Shown here: positions 18,501 to 27,400 of the stretch, in pieces
Numbering within the stretch: position 1 is the stretch's first letter
Layout: each line of letters opens with the position of its first letter
DNA from: Acaryochloris thomasi RCC1774
GTDB lineage: Bacteria > Cyanobacteriota > Cyanobacteriia > Thermosynechococcales > Thermosynechococcaceae
DNA length: 32,000 nt
Assembly (NCBI RefSeq): GCF_003231495.1
Contig: NZ_PQWO01000009.1
Location: 120,001-152,000 of the forward strand
Direction: 5' to 3'
Program-made: the position numbers and the translations under genes
The notes under the pieces: model-generated
The model's input: only the letters and a program-made list of their open reading frames with translations
The model's database searches: none
Told to the model about the DNA's origin: nothing

Positions 18501-21488
18501 CTTGCCATTGGGGAGCAAAGGAAATTTCTCTAGTACCACAAACAGGCTGGGCACCATGTAGGTGGGTAATGTAGCAGTTAAGAACTGCCGCAGTTCTGCC
18601 GCTGGAATCTGCAGTTCATTTGGACAAAGACAGTAGGCCAAAAGTTGAGCATCATTATCTTGAGCATCAGCAATAACGATCGCATCTGTAATGGCTGGAT
18701 GCTGGACAAGATGGGTCTCTATTTCACCGAGTTCTATCCGTAGACCGCGCAGCTTGACCTGATGATCAAGGCGTCCTAGAAATGCGATCGCACCATCACT
18801 TCGATAACAGGCCAGATCGCCTGTCCGATAGAGCCGTGCCCCTGGTTCTGCACTAAAGGGATTCGGAATGAAGCTAGTCGCTGTCTGCCCCGGACGATTG
18901 AGATAGCCCCGCGCCAGTCCAACGCTGCTCACAAATAGCTCTCCCGGAACGCCCACGGGGAGTCGCTGAAATCGATGATCTAATATGTAGATCTGAGTAT
19001 TAGAAATGGGCGTCCCAATAGCGGGTAGGGCATCGTCTTCAGCGTTGTACACGGTGGCGCAGATGGTCGTCTCCGTGGGACCGTAGGCATTGAAAAACCG
19101 CCGTCCTGATCGCCATTTTTTGACGAGTTCTGCTGAGCAGGCTTCTCCTGCTGTAATGATCGTGGTCAGGTCCGGCAGCGCTTGCGGATCGAGGGGCGCT
19201 AGGGCCGTCGGCGGCAGGGTGGCATGGGTAATCTTTCGACTGAGCAAGAATTCCTGTAAAGGCTTTCCGGGTAAGAGCTGATCGCTCGTTCCGATATGGA
19301 GGGTGGCTCCAGCGCTCCAGGTCATTACCATTTCCCAGACCGAGGCATCGAAGCTGGCTGAGGCAAACTGAATGACTTGACTATCGGGATCGAGCTGAAA
19401 CAGATCTTGCTGAGCCTGACTCAAATTGGTAAGGCCGCGATGGGTGAGCATGACACCTTTAGGTTTGCCAGTGGAGCCAGAGGTATAGATGACGTAGGCT
19501 AAGTGGTCCAGTGTTTGAGGAGAGCGAGGATTCTGCGCTGGCCCCCTAACCCCCCCACTGGTGGGGGACTTTGAGTTCTGTTTTGTTCTAGACAGGACAA
19601 TCAAATCTAGCCCTGTGGATACAGACAAATTAACGGCACTCTCCCCCCAGAATTGGGGGGCCGGGGGGGCCAACGCAGGACCATCACTAGAAAACAGATC
19701 AATATAGGCAGGCTGAGTCAGCAAAACCTCAGCCTCAGCCACCATCATCTGCAACCGCTGTTCAGGATAGGTCGGGTCAAGGGGAATATAGGCTCCACCC
19801 GCTTTCCAGACCGCAAGAATCGCCACCATCAATTGCGGAGAGCGGTCTAAACAGATGCCCACCAGCGTTTCTGGACCGACGCCGTGATTTTGCAGCTCTC
19901 GCGCTAGATCGTTGGCCTGCTGATTAAAGTCTTGATAGGTGAGCTGTAGGTTTTTGGATGAAATCGCAACCTCCCTCCCCCTCTCCACTGCCTGACGCTC
20001 AATCAACTCATGGATACAAAATTGTGGGTAATGGCCTTGGGTTTGATTCCAGTCCTGAAACTGCTGGTGTTCAGAGAAACTGAGCAACTCAAGTTGACCA
20101 ATGGGCTGATCGGGTTGAGCCAGAATATCTGAGAGCAGAATGTTCCAGTGCTCGACGAGTCGTTCAATGGTCGCCCTATCAAACAAATCACGGCTGTGTT
20201 CAAACCATCCTTGTATCGATTGATCCCCTTCAAACAACTGCAGGACTAGATCAAACGGTGAGGTCTGTAGGTCAAGGGTGACGGGCTTTAGGGTCAGATC
20301 CGCGCAGCGAAAAGATTGGCTTGGATCGGCCTGTAGGCCAAACATCACCTGCAGGAGGGGGGCTGAACTTTGAGATCGCACCGGCGCTAGAACTTCAATC
20401 AACTTCTCAAAAGGCAAATCCTGTTGATCATTCGCTTCCGCCACCACAGAGCGAACCTGCTGCAGGACTTGGCGAAAGGTCCAGGTGGGTTTCAACTGGG
20501 CGCGAAGGGCGAGGGTATTCACAAACACCCCTATCAATCCTTCAGTTTGCACTTGGTTACGATTCGCCACTGGAGAACCCACCAGCAAATCCGTCCGTCC
20601 TGTATAGCGATAGAGCAAAGTGTAGAAAGCCGCGAGACCCACCATAAACGGCGTCGCGTTGGACTGCTGTGCCAAGTGCCTTAGCTTTGCAGTCTGATCT
20701 GCCGATAAACTGACGCTGATTCTACCGCTCTGCATCGACTGAATTGCAGGACGAGAGCGATCTGAAGGAAGTTCAAATAGCGTCGGCACGTCTTGAAGCT
20801 GCTGCCGCCAATAGTCTAAAAGGGTATTTAATTTCTGCCCTTGAAGTTGCTGACGTTGCCACAAAGTATAGTCTGCATACTGGATTGAGAGAGATGGCAA
20901 ATCGGTTGTTAAGTCACTGTAAAGAGTTGCCAATTCTCTAATCAACACGCCCAGCGACCAGCCATCGGCAATGATGTGATGAGCATTGAAGAGCAGGACA
21001 TGATCCTCAGCACTCAACCGGAGAATCGTAGTCCGCAGCAGCGGCGCTTGGGATAGATCAAAGGGCTGCTTTGTGGTTTCAACGATCAGACGCTCCACCG
21101 CCTGCGGTGAGCCATTGTCCTGAAGTTCAATCATCGGCAACTGCCAATCTAGAGCCGCCACAATATCTTGGACTGGATCGCCTGCTTCATTTGTGATGAA
21201 CTGAGTTCGCAGGGATTCATGGCGTTCACAGAGCCGCTGAAAACAGTCGCGCAAGCGTTCAATCTCTAATAGTCCTTTAATTTTGACCGCTGCTGGCAGC
21301 GTCAGACCCTCAGGCTGTAGCTGCTGGAGAAGCCAGAGACGTTGCTGGGCAAAGGCGAGCGGAAATGCTGTTTGCTCACGGGGCTGGCGGGCAATCTCGC
21401 CCGACGCTTGCTTTTGCTGCAGCCGTTGAGTGAGCTGAGCAAGTTGCTCTGGAGATAGTCCAGCAATCTGGTTCGCTAAGTTACTCAT
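12570..21488 (-). CDS. Non-ribosomal peptide synthetase, C-A(Phe)-T-C-A(Gly)-T-C-TauD (fused dioxygenase domain)
   Basis: 2972-aa ORF. Order: C (HHIIADGWS); A1 (code by eye DAWTIAAICK, identical to the GrsA Phe code); T (FFELGGHSMLATQV); C (HHIIADGSS); A2 (DILQLGLIWK, Gly code); T (FFELGGHSLLATQV); C (HHIIADGWS); basic linker PPPKRKRFQRQKNR; then a TauD/TfdA domain of about 325 aa. ATGA overlap with the upstream gene at 21485-21488. Confidence 0.95.
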   Translation of the reverse strand: MSNLANQIAGLSPEQLAQLTQRLQQKQASGEIARQPREQTAFPLAFAQQRLWLLQQLQPEGLTLPAAVKIKGLLEIERLRDCFQRLCERHESLRTQFITNEAGDPVQDIVAALDWQLPMIELQDNGSPQAVERLIVETTKQPFDLSQAPLLRTTILRLSAEDHVLLFNAHHIIADGWSLGVLIRELATLYSDLTTDLPSLSIQYADYTLWQRQQLQGQKLNTLLDYWRQQLQDVPTLFELPSDRSRPAIQSMQSGRISVSLSADQTAKLRHLAQQSNATPFMVGLAAFYTLLYRYTGRTDLLVGSPVANRNQVQTEGLIGVFVNTLALRAQLKPTWTFRQVLQQVRSVVAEANDQQDLPFEKLIEVLAPVRSQSSAPLLQVMFGLQADPSQSFRCADLTLKPVTLDLQTSPFDLVLQLFEGDQSIQGWFEHSRDLFDRATIERLVEHWNILLSDILAQPDQPIGQLELLSFSEHQQFQDWNQTQGHYPQFCIHELIERQAVERGREVAISSKNLQLTYQDFNQQANDLARELQNHGVGPETLVGICLDRSPQLMVAILAVWKAGGAYIPLDPTYPEQRLQMMVAEAEVLLTQPAYIDLFSSDGPALAPPAPQFWGESAVNLSVSTGLDLIVLSRTKQNSKSPTSGGVRGPAQNPRSPQTLDHLAYVIYTSGSTGKPKGVMLTHRGLTNLSQAQQDLFQLDPDSQVIQFASASFDASVWEMVMTWSAGATLHIGTSDQLLPGKPLQEFLLSRKITHATLPPTALAPLDPQALPDLTTIITAGEACSAELVKKWRSGRRFFNAYGPTETTICATVYNAEDDALPAIGTPISNTQIYILDHRFQRLPVGVPGELFVSSVGLARGYLNRPGQTATSFIPNPFSAEPGARLYRTGDLACYRSDGAIAFLGRLDHQVKLRGLRIELGEIETHLVQHPAITDAIVIADAQDNDAQLLAYCLCPNELQIPAAELRQFLTATLPTYMVPSLFVVLEKFPLLPNGKVDRKALPHPEYQPREKPVVAPRNQTETDLVQIWQRVLNRQDVGIEDSFFELGGHSMLATQVITNIQTHFGIDLPLRQIFETPTISGLAASLNVQHSPAESRISQINRAGDLPLSFAQQRLWFLEQLETTGATYHITTKLHLQGHLQLTALQQSLDKIVERHEILRTRFIAHEGQPTVVIDPARPLDLPIIDLEGDSRQQQSEQLKQLLEQDTQASFDLAQGPLLRVKIVRVGLEDAIAIVTLHHIIADGSSTQIFLRELTEFYQTFSQGQELEIPQLPLQYVDYAHWQRQNLQGEFLATQLEYWQQQLTPLPASLDLPFDRPRPPTQTYAGETFNFKLSSPTDLRALAPSAGTTPYMVLLAVFKVLLYRYTGQTDIAIGSPIVNRNNADIEGLIGLFANTLVLRTDLAGNPSFSMLLQRVKDVALDAYAHPDLPLEKLVEELQLPRDLSHSPLFQVMFAHQTAPGQVTVPGLTITPDALATHTAKFDLTLTITETEAEITGVLEYNTDQFDLSTIERLAGHYQTLLEAIIKEPEQSIGNLPLLTALEQQQFIQGAQTQLPQWSGLHRWFEHQVEQTPESIALEFKSQTLTYAELNAQANQLARYLLVKGIAPEDRVGLLLNRSPEMVVALLAVLKAGGTYLPLDPAYPIERLRYMVADAQVKVLITDGEPLIESEVVINGAIDRVAIAKQTTQNLGLTTFPEQLAYVIYTSGSTGKPKGVQITHQAVINFLTAHGQSPGITADDVMFAVTSLSFDIAVLELLLPLVNGAKVLLASREMALDGIQLGQSLQQATLMQATPATWRLLLASGWTGQQHLKILSGGEALSSDLAAQLITCGSELWNLYGPTETTIWSTQQAVLAKEAVGIGFAIANTQVYILDSHLQQVPTGVTGELYIGGLGLARGYHQRPGLSAERFIPNPFSNKPGARLYRTGDLACVQKDGSIRHLGRIDDQVKVRGFRIELGEIETCLNQHPLITQAVVISAEGADTLVAYGQLQEETEPKLNELQQWLRISLPDYMMPAQFIWVSEFPLTPNGKLDRRALASTEGSNSKRSHAFVTPQTPTEKQLAQIWIEILGIEQAGVDDNFFELGGHSLLATQVVSRIRSHFSVELPLQLLFSSPTIATLATHIDLAPPLQSATRLVPISRQQPLPLSFAQERLWFMDQLTPGNSAYNEPAIVLLEGRLDIAALQSSLNVIVERHEILRTTFCLESEVSTQISEIQHRYFTGPPSPPILGGNKLTSETLPPELGGRGGNAEGHACVGGQPVQLIAESLTLNIPVVDLQDLTLDEQELVLEKLAIANTQTPFTLSQGPLLRTKLLKLDPEKHVLLFTMHHIIADGWSKGVLIQDLSQLYTQIVSKRDVTLPPLPIQYADFAFWQRQQDLEPQLTYWRQQLGGDLPTLALPLDSPRPAQRSDQGVTVSLTLSPHLSEALVKLSQQEDTTLFMTLMAGFKILLSCHTQQRDIWVGTDVANRIRSELEGLIGFFVNLLVLRTDLSGNPSFKALLQRVKTVALGAYDHQDIPFAQLVDVLQPERQEGLLPLFQVLFVLQNAPMPAIELPDLKMTPTQPEAQVAKFDLALFIQETPEGLVINWNYSTDVFQDTTINRLAQQYTDLLQKLVEAPETSIEAIISQFTAPPPKRKRFQRQKNRAVSPTEVVGFSTHPTGVGLYQPQLPAVNLAAWAQEQRPQLEQQLQQSGALLFRGFDIPDASAFEDVAKAMCPELFGEYGDLPRTEVGGKVYGSTPYPDDRAILFHNESSHLEQWPMKIWFFCVQPSVSGGETPIVDCRQLYQRLRPEVRDRFAQKKLMYERNFVPGLDVSWQDFFQTDDRTVVEWRCQSKGVECIWLEDGGLRTRQVRDAIATHPQTQDQVFFNQLQLHHFSYIDPETQASLRSLLGGDCLPRQVYYGDGSEIEPEVLAEVNAAYQVCAQQFTWQKGDVLMLDNMLMAHGRQPYTGTRKIVVALGQMIDSPSTQSAT
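12573..13545 (-). other. TauD/TfdA dioxygenase domain fused to the C-terminus of the 2972-aa NRPS
   Basis: LLFRGFDIPD, GKVYGSTPYPDDRAILFHNESSH (His-x-Glu), GETPIVDCRQ, DNMLMAHGRQPY. It is a paralogue of the free-standing ORF at 2172-3227. Confidence 0.9.
14736..14829 (+). repeat. G6/C6 palindromic MITE-like element, complete short copy (copy B), in frame inside the third C domain
   Basis: Sequence: ctgcattgcccccccggccccccaattctggggggagag + 17-nt core + tttccccccagaattggggggctaggggggccagtgaa. The arms are imperfect inverted repeats, with the inner 19 nt identical. Host translation is FTGPPSPPILGGNKLTSETLPPELGGRGGNAEG. Boundaries are uncertain by about 10 bp. Confidence 0.75.
19533..19678 (-). 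repeat. G6/C6 palindromic MITE-like element, long copy in inverted orientation (copy C), in frame inside an A domain
   Basis: The left arm ctgcgctggccccctaacccccccactggtgggggactttgag is a diverged CTAG/CTAA-type arm with a different loop. A core of about 70 nt follows. The right arm is ctctccccccagaattggggggccgggggggccaacgcag. Host translation is ALAPPAPQFWGES...SKSPTSGGVRGPAQNPRS, located between the A2 and A3 cores. Confidence 0.75.
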
Positions 21489-24400
21489 GATTGGCTCCCT
21501 GGCGCGATCGTTTCTGGCTCTGCAATATCGGCTAGTTCCGCCAGCAGCTCCTCATTGACTTGGGCTGCTAACCCCTCAGCAATTGCGGTCGCAATAGTGG
21601 CTACCGTGGGGTCTTGGAAAAGCAATCGCAACGGCACTTCCACCTGAAATGTTTGGCGGACCCTAGCCATGAGTTGTGTGGCGAGCAGGGAATCTCCCCC
21701 CAGCTCAAAGAAGTTGTCGAGAACGCCCACCTTGTCCTGCTGGAGCAGATTAGCCCATAGGTCCGCTACCGCCGTTTCTAAAGCATTTCGAGGAGCAACA
21801 TAGCCCACAGAACTAGCGAGGGGACTCTCTACCCAGAGCGTTTGTAAATGGCGGCGATCCACTTTGCCATTGGCATTAAGGGGCAAAGCGTCCAAACAGA
21901 GGAACCCTTCTGGCACCATGTAGTCGGGAAGTTTTTGAGCTAAAAATTGAGTGAGCACTGAGGCTTGCCCGCTCGAACTTGGATCACCGGCTCCGTCCTG
22001 TCCTCCAGGCTCCTGGTCAGATGGCAACTCTTTAAGGACAATGCAGGCCACTAGCTTTTGTGGACTAGCCCCAATCACTAGGGCCGCCGCTGCACTCACA
22101 TCAGGATGCTGCTCTAGTGCCGTCTCAATTTCACCCAGCTCAATACGATATCCGCGCAGCTTCACCTGCTGATCTTCTCGGCCTAAAAATTCAATCTCAC
22201 CGTCCGGTCGATAGCAGCCCAAATCACCTGTTCGATACAGGCACTCTCCAGAAATAGGATGGGCAATAAAGCTGGCTGCGGTTTTCTCTGGCTCACCCCA
22301 ATACCCCTGAGCGAGACCTGAACCGCCAATATACAAGTGTCCGGGTACCCAAACTGGGCAGGGATTCAGGTGCTCATTCAATACATAGAACTGCTGATTC
22401 CTCATGGCACGACCGTAGGGAATGCTGCGCCAGCTTGGATCAATCTCGTTAATCGGGTAGAGAATAGACCAAATTGAAGCTTCCGTGGCACCGCCGAGGC
22501 TGATGATTTGGCTCTCAGGGCAAACCGCTCGAATCTTCTCTGGCAGTGCCAGGGGTATCCAGTCGCCACTCATTAGGATCAGTCGCAAAGATTGCAGGGA
22601 CTCTGGCTCACGGGTAATCAGCATCTGCATCAAAGCAGGCACCGTATTCCAAATCGTGACCTGATGTTTCTCAATCAGGCGTACCCAAACGGCTGCATCT
22701 TTCACATCCCGAGCAGCGGGAATGATCAATGTTCCGCCAGCGGCAATAGTGCCGAAAATATCGTAGACCGACAGATCAAAGCTAAGGGAAGATAGGGCTA
22801 AGATTCGATCCTGAGGGGTAATCTCAAAGCGATGATTGATATCTTCAATCGTGTTCATGGCTCCTTGATGATCGATCATCACGCCCTTAGGGGTGCCCGT
22901 TGAACCCGAGGTATAAATTACGTAGGCCAAGTCAGTGGGCTTTTGCAGAGGCGTGAGCGGTGCATCGTATTCTTGCCGTAACGCTTCAGAATCGACCGCA
23001 ATAATCTGAATTTGGACCGGCCATGCCATTCCAGACTGCAAATGATTTTGGCTGAGAACCCACTTGATATTGCCCTGATCCAAAAGGTGATCACGTCGCT
23101 CCATCGGTAGGGCCGGATCAATTGGTACATAGGCTGCACCGGCCATTAAAATGCCGTATACTGCCACGACCTGTTCCCATCCCTTTTCCATTGAGATAGC
23201 AACTAGCTCGTTGGCCTGCACACCCAAACGACGCAATCGCTGACCGACCTGCTGGGCGCGCTGGCACAGTTCACCGTAGGTTAACCGCAGCGTGGGCGTA
23301 ATGACAGCTAAATGCTGGGGCTGATGTTGTGCTTGGGAGACTAAACCGTCCTGGAGTAACGCGGTGGTCAAGGGGGCTTGAGTGCTTTGGGGCTGAACGT
23401 GAGTGATGGGGAGCGGCTGTGTCTCCTGCCAAGTCTGAGAATGGAGTGCTAGTTTTTCTAGCAGTTGGCCATAGGCCGAGAACATAGCATCCACCATCCC
23501 GTCGGGGAATAGACCTTCAACCACGTCCCAGTTGTAGACCAGTTCATCGTCTTCTTCGTAGACTTGATGATCGAGCCAAACCTGCGGCGTTTGGGCAATG
23601 CTGTGGACAAGCTTGCCCAGCCAATCGGTGTTAAAGGTAGAGCTGTTTTGAAGCTGTGGGTTGGCTAACAGGCTGGTAAACACAACAGGCATGGCAACTT
23701 GTTCTTGCGTTTGCGCCATCATCTCTCGCAGAACGCTGACCCCACTAACGAGGCTGTGTTCGAGATCTTGCCAGAGCTGGTTTTGGAGCTGTTGCGATCG
23801 CACCTCAAAAGTCCCCACTTCTCTATAGTCAACCGCTAGCAAAGTCAGTGAAGTGAAATCACCTACAAGACTCTGCACCTGCGGGTGAATAGGGAGTCGA
23901 TTAAACGTCGTGAGGTTAACGCAGAATCGTCGAGACTTGCTCCAGATCGCTAAAATCTCGGTATAGGCGGCCAGCAATGCCCCAGAGGGTGTGAGGCCCA
24001 GTTGTGTTGCTTGCTCTTTCAACAACTGCCACTGGTCAGCAGATAGCCTTGCGGTGCGGCGCACAAATCGAGGTCGAGTTATTTGTGCCGGTGCTACAGC
24101 TAGAGGAAGTTCTGGAGCTGAAGGTAAGTCTTGGAGTCGGGCCTGCCAATAGTTTTTAGACTGTAAATACCGTTCTGAAGGTTCAAAGGACTGCAGCGCC
24201 AGCACGTAGTCCCGAAATGAAAGCTTCAACGTGGGTAAATCATTATCTAACGATGTATAAAAATGCCCCCATTCCCGACAGATAATCCCGAGGCTGGCAC
24301 CGTCTACCAGCAGGTTATCAATGCTGAGAAAAACGTGAACGGTCTGCTCATCCAAGCGGGCTAGGCAGACCTCGAACAGCGGCCAAGCGTGGGGATCGAG

Positions 24401-27400
24401 CATTTGATGCGAAAGGCGATCGCGCAGTTGTTCAAGTTGCTGTTGTTTCAGGTCACTAGATAGAGAACGCCAGTCTAGAACGCTCATCTCGTAGGGCGGC
24501 AGATCTGCGAGCACCTGCTGCTGACCGTCAGGCAAAATCACCGTTCGCAACACGGGGTGGCGATCAATCACCTGTTGGAAAGCTTGCTGCAGGCGGTGGC
24601 AATCTAATTCCTGCCCCTCGAATTCTGCATAGACATGGGCGGCAATGTTCCCCATTTCAAAGGCACCGCTTCGGCCAATCCAGTAGGCAGTCTGAATATC
24701 GTTGAGCGGGAACGGCTGGTGACGCTGCGTGGGATTGAGTTCAATGTTGGGTAAGGTCTCGACCATGCCATCTAAATTGGCTAGAATCTGAGTCGCTAAG
24801 TCGGCAATGGTGGGACTGGTCAAGAACTGAACCAAGGGCACTGAATAGCCGAACTGCTTCTCTAGATCAAATTTGATCTCGGTGGTCATGATCGAATCGG
24901 CAGCCAAAGAACTAAGCGGTGTCGTGGCCGTAATTTGTTTTGGGTTTATGCCAATGGCACGGGCAAACCGTGTCTTTAAATCGCGCTCTAATTCGGCTTG
25001 ACGTTGTTCAGGGTTAAGAGAGGCAAAACTTTCGCGCGAAATTGCGGTCTCAGTGACTTTTGCAGATGGGGTAGGGCTGACCCTAGCACCCGAGGTGGCG
25101 AGATAGCTCCAATACCGCTGCCGCTGAAATGGATAGGTCGGCAATGGAATCCGTTGATGTTTAAAGCCGCGATAAAAACTGTCCCAATCAACTGTAAACC
25201 CCTGTTGATAGAGCTTTCTTAGGCTTAGCAGAATGTTGTCTGGCTGAGCTGCGATGGTCCAGTGGTCGCAGGTTCCCCAGCTTTGGGGCAGGTTGCCCAT
25301 AATCAGAAACTGCTCTGGCCCTTGAGGGGGTGCGATGGTCTGCCGATCGCCAGATCGAAGCCAGTCTAATAGGGTGGCGGTATCGACGGGCGTATCCGTT
25401 GAATCGCTGTAGAGAATGCCTGTGGCAGGCTGCAGTTGTTCGATGGGTGTTGCTTTGATAAGCCAGTGGAGGGCTTGCTCTAAGGTGAAGTATCCGGCTT
25501 GGCAGGCTGCGATTGTGCTTCCCATCAATCCACTCGGCTGAAAACCCCAGGATTGCCACAGTTCAGCAAGGGCGTAGGGCAACACAAAATTCAGAATGTC
25601 TGGATCTGACGTGGATTTGAAATCAATCAGATCTGCTTTTAGCTCTGACAAAATCTGGTTGGCTTGGTCAATGGTGGCCCGGAACACCGGATAAGTTTCA
25701 TAGAGTTGTTGGCCCCAAGTCAGGCTCTGCTTTTGTTCTGAAGGGAAGAAGAAAATTAGGTCGGGTGTTGTTTGTTGTATAGAAGATGAATCTACAGTGT
25801 ATAAAGATGTTTCGGAACTACCTTGAAGAGCTTGCGCTGGCCCCCCCGGCCCCCCAACCTTAGTGGGAGAGTCGCTGACGTTGGTTTGCTTTCCCCCCAG
25901 AATTGGGGAGCTAGGGGGGCAATGCAGGGTTGACTGGTTTTCCTCTAGTGATTTATATACATCGTTAGAGTACTGGGCTGTATTATTAGTTTCTAAATAT
26001 TCCTCTAGCGCTTGCTGTAGTTGGGGTATAGAGTTAACGACAAATGTACATCGATGGAGGAAGTGAGATCGCCCCACCCCTGCTGTAAAACAAAGATGAC
26101 CCAAGTCAGTCTCAGGGTGCGCCTGCAAAAACTGAAGATATCGATGAATCAGCTCGACCAAAGCCCCAGGAGTCTTTGCAGACAGAGGCAATAGATATAA
26201 AGGTCGTGTTTCTGATTGAACCGTTACAGTTGGAGCAGATTCCAGAACGGCATGGGCATTAGTCCCACTCATGCCAAAGGAGTTGATACCTGCAAGCTGT
26301 GGCCCCGAATGCTGAGGCCAAGGCGTTAGCTCAGTGGGAATTTTGGCCGGAATTTCACCTAGATCAATCTCAGGATTGAGGGTCTTTAAATTTAGATGGG
26401 GCGGCAGTTGCTGATGCTGCATCGATAGCACGACCTTGAGCAAGCTTGCCATCCCCGAAGCGGTCTCGGTGTGGCCGATGTTGGTCTTTACCGATGCGAT
26501 GTGGAGCGGGTCTTGTTGCGATCGCCCTTCTTTAAACACCTGACTCAGCGCCCGAACTTCAATGGCATCTCCCAGCGGCGTCCCTGTTCCTTGTGCTTCG
26601 ACATACTGAATCGCGCTAGCGGCCACGTTGGCCTGTGCCAACGCCGCTCGAACCACCGTCTGCTGAGCTGCACCATTGGGGATCGTTAATCCTCCACTGG
26701 CACCGCCATGATTGCAGGCCGTCCCTTTAATGACGGCCAAGATATTGTCGCCATCGGCTTGAGCATCTTTGAAGCGCTTGAGGGCCACGACCGCACAGCC
26801 TTCAGAGCGTACATAGCCATCAGCAGCAGCATCAAAGGTCTTGCAATGGCCGTCTGTCGCCATCATTCGGGTTGCAGAGAAGACGATATTTGATTCTGGC
26901 GAAAGCAGCAGATTCACGCCCCCCGCTAAAACCAAATCGCATTCTTCGTTACGCAAACTCTGACAACCCAAATGGACTGCCATCAATGAAGATGAACAGG
27001 CCGCATCAAGGGCCATATTCGGGCCCTGCAGCCCTAAAACATAGGACAACCGTCCTGCAGCAAAACAGAAACCACTTCCGGTCCCCGTGTAAGCATCAAT
27101 TCCTTCAGGGGTCTTGGCCTGCAGATTCGCATAATCGGAGGTGCCAATGGCAACATATACACCTGTTCGGCTCCCTTTGAGCTGCTGTGGTGCATAGCCT
27201 GCTCGTTCAAGCGCCTCCCAACTGACCTCTAGCAAAAGGCGCTGCTGCGGATCCATTGCAGTGGCTTCACGAGGACTAATGCCGAAAAAATCGGGGTCAA
27301 ACTGATCCACCTGATCTAAGAAACCGCCATGTCTGGTGTAGGTTTTCCCAGGCACGCTGGGATCGGCATCAAAATAAGCATCTACATCCCACCGCTGCTG

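Noticed and set aside
25109-25765. Calling this region a functional acyltransferase domain
   Set aside because: The GQGSQ and GHSxG signatures are destroyed, and the region between the active site and the post-AT linker is roughly half the normal length. It is treated as a remnant.
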